Below, piece after piece: positions 57,746 through 64,000 of a DNA stretch of 64,000 bases. Within the stretch, counting starts at the first letter, position 1. Each line of letters begins with the position of its first letter. Source of the DNA: a virus. The position numbers and the translations under genes are program-made. The notes below the pieces were generated by a model. That model saw only the letters and a list, made by a program, of their open reading frames with translations. It had not been told where the DNA came from and did no database searches. The stretch is taken from the IMG/VR virus record IMGVR_UViG_3300012000_000002, positions 55,040 through 119,039 of that record. One strand, 5' to 3'.

Positions 57746-59110
57746 TTATTCTGGACGTTGTAGATTAAACGGATAGTTTACTGTTACAATTCCACCACCT
57801 TCGGGTGTTGGAAACTGCCAGCGACGAACAGCGTTCGAAATACATTGACCAACAGAAGGTACTGAAATGTTACTTTCGGTAACGTTTGCACCCATTACTA
57901 TACCTTCACTTCCTATAATAAACCGTACAACAACTCTTCCTTCCAATGCAGGATTTTGCACTAATCCTTGCTCATGGCAGTGAATGACTTGTGGTAGGTT
58001 GCGAATAACAACTCTTCGGATGGATTCTGGAGACAGTAATCCGATTACGCTTGGAGCGGCTGGACGAACAATTGGACCCCTTGTGCCACGATTGCCAAGT
58101 CGTGACCCCCTATCAGTACCATAACCGTGATTACCGGAACCTCCAACACCGTTGGTGTTTAAGTTACCGAGTCCAATAACTCCTTCGCCGTTGCCATTTG
58201 CACCCCATCCTGTACCAGAATTACCTAATCCGTTATAACCAAAAGAATCACCAATAACATCGCCGTTAATGTTACCGTTTGCATTTTGGCTTTCCAAGCC
58301 AGATTCAGTTAATCCTCCAAATGGAGAAATAATGCCTGCGTTGCCGCCAGCTAATGCTCCCCTTGAACCAAGGGCAACAAATATACCTCTGCTTGCTACC
58401 ATATCACGAGCAGCTTGACGAGACATATGCGGTGGTTCTCCATTGTTGCGAATAGCGTGACGAGCATTCCTAGCAGGAGATTGACGGTTACCCATTTGTC
58501 CATCTGGGCCAGAATGTCTTTGACTTGCTGCTCCTTGTTGGCTGGTGGTGGTTTCTTGTTGCGGTTGTTCTACTTGACGTTCTTGTTGACGTTGAATAAA
58601 CGCACGTAAGTCATTTAATCTTTCTTCTTCATTTACTTGTTGCAAAAGATCATTGTTTGCTGGAACAAGGAAATGCATGGATAGCATGATAAAGATTCCA
58701 GCAAAAGCAGAAGCAATGCTAGAAACCAAAAACGGTTTATCGAGTTTTAGTGCAAAAGGTAGTTTCTTGTCTTTCACAACTTTTTTTGCTGTGATGGTTA
58801 TTCCTTTAACGTTCATTTTGTAACAAGAGGAATCATCGATTAAAGCTTCTTGTGTGTTGGTTTCAACACCATTTATTTCTATTGTTGAGTTGTTTAACGT
58901 TAGGAATTTAACTTCGTCTTGTGAATTGATAACAATTGGAACTTGATTTAACTCACCGAGAATATCTGTACCAACAACAAAGTGATTGTTGTTTTTTATC
59001 TTTTCGCTTGAAAGAACAAAAGATTGATTGTTGTCGATATGGAAAACTTGTAGTAAAGAAGTTCCCCATGAAACAGTAACTTCAACAGTTTGCGTTTGTT
59101 TGTTTTGCAT
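57746..59110 (-). CDS. AgmX/PglI C-terminal domain (GltG/TonB-like) membrane protein
   Basis: Single TM, Gly-rich linker, LSPESIRRVV.RNL.QV..C.EQGL..NP.LEGRVVVRF.IG...WQFP.PEGGG.VTVNYPF. Confidence 0.88.
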   Translation of the reverse strand: MQNKQTQTVEVTVSWGTSLLQVFHIDNNQSFVLSSEKIKNNNHFVVGTDILGELNQVPIVINSQDEVKFLTLNNSTIEINGVETNTQEALIDDSSCYKMNVKGITITAKKVVKDKKLPFALKLDKPFLVSSIASAFAGIFIMLSMHFLVPANNDLLQQVNEEERLNDLRAFIQRQQERQVEQPQQETTTSQQGAASQRHSGPDGQMGNRQSPARNARHAIRNNGEPPHMSRQAARDMVASRGIFVALGSRGALAGGNAGIISPFGGLTESGLESQNANGNINGDVIGDSFGYNGLGNSGTGWGANGNGEGVIGLGNLNTNGVGGSGNHGYGTDRGSRLGNRGTRGPIVRPAAPSVIGLLSPESIRRVVIRNLPQVIHCHEQGLVQNPALEGRVVVRFIIGSEGIVMGANVTESNISVPSVGQCISNAVRRWQFPTPEGGGIVTVNYPFNLQRPE

Positions 59111-59189
59111 TGTTTTCTTCCTAACTCAACAGCTTAGGCTGTTAAAAGTACCGACAATCAACAAACGAAAAGGTTTCAAGAAAAATACT

Positions 59190-59218
59190 TTTACAAACAA
59201 TATTTTGTACGGCATACT
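59190..59218 (+). promoter_or_regulatory. early promoter of tRNA-Lys/Asn
   Basis: TTTACA-17 nt-CATACT. Confidence 0.65.
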
Positions 59219-59230
59219 GAAAACATCAAA

Positions 59231-59303
59231 GGGTTGTTAACTCAGTCGGAAGAGTAGTTGGCTTTTAACCAATTAGTCGAAGGTTCGATCCCTTCACAAC
59301 CCA
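59231..59303 (+). tRNA. tRNA-Lys(TTT)
   Basis: gggttgt/acaaccc acceptor, gttgg-ct-TTT-aa-ccaat. Confidence 0.93.
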
Positions 59304-59307
59304 CTAT

Positions 59308-59381
59308 TCACCCATAGCTCAGTCGGTTAGAGCGTCTGCCTGTTAAGTAGAATGTCCCTAGTTCAAGTCTAGGTGGGTGAG
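59308..59381 (+). tRNA. tRNA-Asn(GTT)
   Basis: tcaccca/tgggtga acceptor, tctgc-ct-GTT-aa-gtaga. Confidence 0.93.
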
Positions 59382-59414
59382 CAAATCATAATCCTCACTA
59401 TGTAATATCAAACA

Positions 59415-59636
59415 ATGAAGGATTATCCAAATCATAAATGCGCTGATTGCGGCTTACAGTTTTTTCGAGATAAAAAAGCAATCGGTTATCGATGCCCGCT
59501 TTGTGAATCGATTAATGTTCAATCTTTATTCGTACTATGGTATGCAATAGAAAAGGCAAACAATGAGCCACAAACACAAGTACATGATTTCAACACGTTG
59601 GTTTATGCTCTTCCAAGAAGCACCGGGAGTTATTAG
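59415..59636 (+). CDS. zinc-ribbon protein
   Basis: CADC and CPLC. Confidence 0.6.
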   Translation: MKDYPNHKCADCGLQFFRDKKAIGYRCPLCESINVQSLFVLWYAIEKANNEPQTQVHDFNTLVYALPRSTGSY

Positions 59637-59754
59637 CAAAGACCCTTGTTGGGTTCTTTTCTATGACTGTTACGGTATCTATGATACATCTTTGATTCGA
59701 TTGCTATGGACGGCAATCAAAGAATACAAAGATGATCGTCACCTTGTTGGATGA
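59563..59754 (+). CDS. hypothetical protein
   Basis: 63-aa ORF overlapping both neighbours. Confidence 0.4.
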   Translation: MSHKHKYMISTRWFMLFQEAPGVISKDPCWVLFYDCYGIYDTSLIRLLWTAIKEYKDDRHLVG

Positions 59755-60833
59755 TAAAAATCATGAGCACACACGAAGTAAAAGTTGTTCGCATCGAATC
59801 TATTCACTCTCATCCAAATGCTGATTCTCTTGAACTAACAAACATTTGGGGTTACCAATGTGTTATCCGTAAAGGAGCACATAAAGTTGGTGATCTAATG
59901 GCTTATATTGAGCCAGATTATAAGATTAACATTACTCGAAATGAGTTTCGTTTTCTTGATGATGGGAAGGGTAAGGAATGGCAACGTATTACTATGAGAA
60001 GGTTCCGTGGAGAGCCTTCTTATGGACTGCTTATCCCGGCTCCACAAGGCTCTGTAGAGGGCGATAATGTCATAGAGCTACTTGGAGTCGAACGATATGA
60101 ACCACCGGCTCCAAAAGGCTCTGGGATGCCTTCCGGCATCCAAGTTTCTGGACCTAATATTCCTGTTCCCCATTACGATCTTGAAAACTTTAAGAAGTAT
60201 CATACCCTTTTTAATGAAGGAGAGAATGTGATTCTTACCGAAAAAGTTCATGGCACAAATGCTCGTTATGTGTTTCATAACGGTGAAATGTACTGTGGAT
60301 CAAGAACCACATGGAAGATGAAGCCGGGAACTCATGTAAAAGACGTTACATGGACTGATGAAAATGGCATTGAAGTAATCAAAATTATCTCAGCCCCAGA
60401 GTGTGTATGGTGGACTGTACTAAACCAAAATCCTTGGATTGAGGAATGGTGCAAGAATCACCCAGATGTAGTTCTATATGGAGAGGTATACGGACCAAAT
60501 GTTCAAGGTGGTAATTTCCATTATGGAAAAAATCAAGGCAAGTATGGATTCGCAGTCTTTGATGTACTGGATCATGGTCGTTGGATTGACAATGCTGAGT
60601 TATTTGACAATCCTGTTTATGCTAGTGGTTTACACGAAACTGTAAAAGTTCTTTATCGTGGACCACTAGATAGCGGTTTGCTAGCAAAGCTTGCAGAAGA
60701 AGATAGTGCTTACCCTAATCAGAAAATTAGAGAAGGTATTGTGGTTAAGCTCGACCGAGGAGAACGTTATGATCCTCGACACGGTAGAGTTGCACTCAAA
60801 TATGTTTCAGATCAATACTTGATGAAAAGTTAA
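59751..60833 (+). CDS. RNA ligase (DRB0094-like family)
   Basis: HPNADSLEL OB-like N-terminus; TEKVHGTN, YGEVYG, FAVFDV, REGIVVK, LKYVS. Confidence 0.9.
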   Translation: MIKIMSTHEVKVVRIESIHSHPNADSLELTNIWGYQCVIRKGAHKVGDLMAYIEPDYKINITRNEFRFLDDGKGKEWQRITMRRFRGEPSYGLLIPAPQGSVEGDNVIELLGVERYEPPAPKGSGMPSGIQVSGPNIPVPHYDLENFKKYHTLFNEGENVILTEKVHGTNARYVFHNGEMYCGSRTTWKMKPGTHVKDVTWTDENGIEVIKIISAPECVWWTVLNQNPWIEEWCKNHPDVVLYGEVYGPNVQGGNFHYGKNQGKYGFAVFDVLDHGRWIDNAELFDNPVYASGLHETVKVLYRGPLDSGLLAKLAEEDSAYPNQKIREGIVVKLDRGERYDPRHGRVALKYVSDQYLMKS

Positions 60834-62026
60834 GAACCATACAAAATGGTTGATAGCTTAACTGTCCGACGATGCTCACCCATAACGGGTGCTGCGCCTG
60901 CTTGTTGAGGTGCGGCTGGTGCAGCTCCTCCTGCTGCCGCTGGTGCCGCTGCTTGTTGAGGATTAATCATTTGATTGTATTTTGTTATGAATTCGTTTAC
61001 AATAGGTTTGATAGCATCAACGGCTGTAGATACAACTTTGTATAAAGCGTAGATTCCTGTGACAAAAGACCCTGCTGCTAAACCAGCAACCCACATTGCT
61101 AGCTTGGTACCAAGAAGATTAGAAAATTTCTCTTTAAGAGACTTAAGCAAACCGGTTGTTAATTGAGTTACGGCTTCTTTTGCACCTGCCTCTGCACCAC
61201 CAAATGCTGCCTGACCAGCAACTTTACTTGTTGCGCCTTTTGCTTTTTCTGCTGATTTTTTGGCACTAGCCGCAACGCTTAATCCTTTTTGAACTGCACC
61301 TTTTGGTAATGCTTTGGATATCTTTGCAAGAATCTCTGAAACCTTTAACTGATCCATAAGTTGTTTTTGCACATATGAAAAAATAACGAAAGCCATTAAA
61401 CCAAAGGTTACTTTTTTCCAACCAGCCAATTCATCGTATTTTGCTTTTAAGTTCATTAATGCGTTCTTCATGGTATCAATGATACCAACATCTTGATCGG
61501 CGGCAGCCTCTTGCTCGCTTAGTACAGCTTGCACTTTGGTTTTTACAGTTTGCACAATTTCTTTGATTTTCGCAAACAGGTCTGCGACCGGCTTATAAGT
61601 TTCTTCGATTTTCTGGCCAATCACACTAGTCATCATAGGTATGGTTTCTGGTTTTTGAATCATAATCATGATTGCGTTTGCTGTGCTTTTTAGGTCTTTA
61701 GCTAAAGTCAAAGGTTTTGTGATTTTATCGATAGTGGCAGCTTTAGCCGCTGCACCAACACCAGAAGCAAACTGACCTACTTGCGAAGCAACACCTGTTG
61801 CGGCTTGTTTTAGTTTTTGAAACCATTGTTCGAACAAATATTGCTCACGAACGATTTCTTCTTGTTTGTGACGATTAATCGATTCTGTGAGTAGAGGAAG
61901 TTTAATACCCAATACCAACTCAATGTGTTTACGAGTTAAACCAAACACTTTGTTCGGATCATTATCAAACAAACCTTCGTTAATAAGCTTTCTGCGAAAT
62001 GATTTAAAATCGTTTTTGTACGACAT
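60830..62026 (-). CDS. Ala-rich late protein with hydrophobic segments
   Basis: ATAGTTA 6 nt before ATG; LINE, LLTE, LFE sites in the first 70 aa. Confidence 0.75.
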   Translation of the reverse strand: MSYKNDFKSFRRKLINEGLFDNDPNKVFGLTRKHIELVLGIKLPLLTESINRHKQEEIVREQYLFEQWFQKLKQAATGVASQVGQFASGVGAAAKAATIDKITKPLTLAKDLKSTANAIMIMIQKPETIPMMTSVIGQKIEETYKPVADLFAKIKEIVQTVKTKVQAVLSEQEAAADQDVGIIDTMKNALMNLKAKYDELAGWKKVTFGLMAFVIFSYVQKQLMDQLKVSEILAKISKALPKGAVQKGLSVAASAKKSAEKAKGATSKVAGQAAFGGAEAGAKEAVTQLTTGLLKSLKEKFSNLLGTKLAMWVAGLAAGSFVTGIYALYKVVSTAVDAIKPIVNEFITKYNQMINPQQAAAPAAAGGAAPAAPQQAGAAPVMGEHRRTVKLSTILYGS

Positions 62027-62043
62027 ACACTTTAACTATTCCC

Positions 62044-62268
62044 GTGATACGAAAAATGCGAGAACCCACCCCCGGAGATTTGATACAAATCATAGAAATG
62101 CCAGATCAAGGCTACTATGAAAAGTCTTTGCGTGGCAAGCTTGGGGTTATAATCGAACATGTACACACAAACAGTTCTCCAAACATATGGAAAATCTTAA
62201 TCGACAACAAGTGTTGTAATCTTCACTTGTTTGATTTTGTCATCGTTCAATCAACAAAAAAGGAATAA
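62044..62268 (+). CDS. hypothetical protein
   Basis: 74-aa ORF. Confidence 0.55.
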   Translation: MIRKMREPTPGDLIQIIEMPDQGYYEKSLRGKLGVIIEHVHTNSSPNIWKILIDNKCCNLHLFDFVIVQSTKKE

Positions 62269-62272
62269 CAAA

Positions 62273-62482
62273 ATGGAAAAACAAGCAAACAGCATGTGGA
62301 TTGCAAGAAAAATGGTATATGTTGGACCATATCCAGCGTTTCAATACGAAGAAGTAACAAAGGAAAAACTAGAACAAATGGCTATGGAAGCTCAGATTCT
62401 TTTAGAAGAAGAAGCACATCGTCATACCGAAAATTGTGATTGGTGGCAAGATTGGCACGCTTGTAACTGTGGTGGGTTTTAA
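62273..62482 (+). CDS. hypothetical protein
   Basis: AAGGA SD; C-terminal C..W..WH.C.CG. Confidence 0.65.
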   Translation: MEKQANSMWIARKMVYVGPYPAFQYEEVTKEKLEQMAMEAQILLEEEAHRHTENCDWWQDWHACNCGGF

Positions 62483-62487
62483 TCAAA

Positions 62488-62520
62488 AAGAAAAAGGGAG
62501 CTTTCGCTCCCTTTTTCCGT
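62488..62520. terminator. bidirectional terminator between convergent genes
   Basis: aaaaagggagc-tttc-gctcccttttt. Confidence 0.85.
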
Positions 62521-62539
62521 TTTAGTTTATTGATTGTTT

Positions 62540-63013
62540 TTATCTTGTGCTTTTTATAGCTTCACGAACAATTGTTTTAAGACTTTCTCCAAGTCTACGT
62601 CTCATACCGCTACGTTTTGGAAGATCTTCTAAATCTTCATATCCTAAGCTGCCAAGTTCTTTCTTAGCATCTTCTGCTCGCTTGTCTTCATCTTCGAATT
62701 TTTTCGATAGTTTTTCGAAATATCTTTCTTCTTCTTCGGCTTCACGTTTGCGTTGTTCCATTTCTCTTGGATATATTTCTTCAAGGTGAGCAATCAACGC
62801 ACGAAGTTGTTCTTCTGATACGTTTTCTGAGCGTATCCAGCGTGGGCGAATGTTGTAAAGCTCTTTGTACATATCGCTGTACAAACTTATTAGGTCATCT
62901 TTATCGCTAATTGTATCTACATATTTAGCTTTTCTATCTAGTTCGCTAGGATCGATTTCGTCTATCGCTTCACGAACAAGACGTTTAAGTTGTTTAACGG
63001 TTAGTTTAGGCAC
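62540..63013 (-). CDS. protein with KLTVKQLKRLVREA leader
   Basis: GTG start, AAGGAG SD, GTATTTA motif at 63042-63048. Confidence 0.8.
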   Translation of the reverse strand: MPKLTVKQLKRLVREAIDEIDPSELDRKAKYVDTISDKDDLISLYSDMYKELYNIRPRWIRSENVSEEQLRALIAHLEEIYPREMEQRKREAEEEERYFEKLSKKFEDEDKRAEDAKKELGSLGYEDLEDLPKRSGMRRRLGESLKTIVREAIKSTR

Positions 63014-63050
63014 TGAAATACTCCTTTAAATCTGTTAGCGATAAATACAG

Positions 63051-63079
63051 TTTAAACTTTGTTTTTTATCTGCTATGCT
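63051..63079 (+). promoter_or_regulatory. sigma70-like early promoter
   Basis: TTTAAA-17 nt-TATGCT. Confidence 0.55.
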
Positions 63080-63098
63080 AAAAAAAGAAAGGTATACA

Positions 63099-63338
63099 AT
63101 GAACACGTACAGGTTGATAAAGTTTCTTGATATGGATCGAGCAGTATTAAAGCGAAATGGCAAAACATATGTTGCATCATTCGCTGATGTACATGGATCT
63201 GGACCAGAGGTGCTTGTATTTCCTGCAACAACGAACGGAACGATCACAGATTGGAGCGAAGTGGACGGAGGCAGAGGATACACTAGCTTGCAAGATTTCC
63301 TATCGCAAGCCCTGCTAAACACTAACCGTTATCAATGA
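63099..63338 (+). CDS. hypothetical protein
   Basis: AAGG SD before MNTYRL. Confidence 0.65.
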   Translation: MNTYRLIKFLDMDRAVLKRNGKTYVASFADVHGSGPEVLVFPATTNGTITDWSEVDGGRGYTSLQDFLSQALLNTNRYQ

Positions 63339-63583
63339 GATTTTTTCAAGCCCCTCTTAACCGCTTCAAAAACGGCTGAACGAATCATGCCCTCGGGAGA
63401 ATATGATTCTAATTCTTTTTCAAGTTCTGCAACCGGAGTATCGATGACATCCATCAGATCTGAACCGCTTAGGCTTTCTCCACTGTACATGTTTCGACGT
63501 TCTAAAACCTTGAGAATCAATCGATAATGCTTTTCTGGCAAATCTCTAATCTTTTCCATTACATCTAAAAATGTTGTTTCCAT
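63332..63583 (-). CDS. small late protein
   Basis: AAGGAG SD; ATATTTA motif at 63619-63625. Confidence 0.7.
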   Translation of the reverse strand: METTFLDVMEKIRDLPEKHYRLILKVLERRNMYSGESLSGSDLMDVIDTPVAELEKELESYSPEGMIRSAVFEAVKRGLKKSH

Positions 63584-63654
63584 TTTACTTAAACTCCTTG
63601 TATTAAACGTGTTTTGATTAAATATGTTGGCAACAAAAATTTTGAGGTAGATTT

Positions 63655-64000
63655 ATGAAAACGTTTAAAAGTGTGTTTGGATTGGCTGCAAACAAAGAAG
63701 AATCAAAAGAAAAAACAAAAAAGCCAAAAGTCAAAGAAAAAACAAAAACCAAGGCAAAGACAAAAGAAAAGGTTGAACCAAAGAAGCGTGGTCGTCCAAC
63801 AAATGCCGAGCTTGCTGCAAAGGCAAAAGAAAAGCGTGACACAGAGATTGCGTTGCGTAAAGAACTAATCGAACGTCAAAAAGCTGCAACGGTTTCTGGG
63901 TCTGTAACAACAGTTGAATACAACGAAAATAATGAACGTGTATATCCAGAGTACAAAACCGACTTCTCAACAAAGGTTAAAGATCCAAACTGGATTCCTC
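63655..64000 (+). CDS. Lys-rich protein with AT-hook-like KKRGRP, runs off the window edge
   Basis: GAGG SD; open frame MKTFKSVFG...KKRGRPTN to the end. Confidence 0.65.
   Translation, partial: MKTFKSVFGLAANKEESKEKTKKPKVKEKTKTKAKTKEKVEPKKRGRPTNAELAAKAKEKRDTEIALRKELIERQKAATVSGSVTTVEYNENNERVYPEYKTDFSTKVKDPNWIP

Noticed and set aside
484-63973. Many short ORFs in the track antisense to or nested in larger genes (e.g. 3651-4238, 21601-22056, 22285-22740, 29328-29843, 53375-53857)
   Set aside because: Shadow frames of well-supported genes with no RBS or motifs; those in the scaffold arise from GC-rich repeats
1-64000. CRISPR array, reverse transcriptase/DGR, intein, self-splicing intron
   Set aside because: No regularly spaced repeats, RT motifs or intein signatures seen; capsid, terminase and portal ORFs are continuous
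1-64000. Stop-codon recoding
   Set aside because: Core genes are full length under the standard code and no suppressor tRNA was found

Overview
64 kb, AT-rich segment of a large (jumbo-type) myovirus with a T4-like morphogenesis module, read in the standard genetic code. The minus strand carries a tail tube, two tail sheath paralogues, neck/tail-completion genes, the major capsid protein, scaffold, prohead protease and portal. The plus strand carries the large terminase, primase, a fused Mre11-Rad50 (gp47-gp46), GroEL, UvsE, a RadA-like ATPase, a sigma-70 family factor, an RNA ligase and two tRNA clusters. Accessory genes include an HDAC-family deacetylase, two HAD phosphatases, an HxGH nucleotidyltransferase, a ligase-fold protein, homing-type endonucleases and a myxobacterial-style AgmX/PglI (GltG-like, TonB-C) protein, which hints at a Myxococcota host. 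Beyond the gene list, the sequence shows a coherent regulatory layer: (i) sigma70-like early promoters with a 17-nt spacer; (ii) a recurrent 7-mer NTANWTA (mostly CTATTTA/ATACTTA) upstream of virion genes, read as the late promoter; (iii) the same motif sitting in or next to the 5' arm of hairpins that bury the RBS/start codon; (iv) several apparently leaderless late genes; (v) a dispersed family of late ORFs sharing an N-terminal 'MRITVKQLKxLIREA'-type leader ending in L/I-x-E, resembling a capsid-targeting, protease-cleaved tag. Also notable are a sigma factor apparently split into two coupled genes and non-canonical tRNA-like genes. All assignments are by-eye motif recognition; no database search was run.
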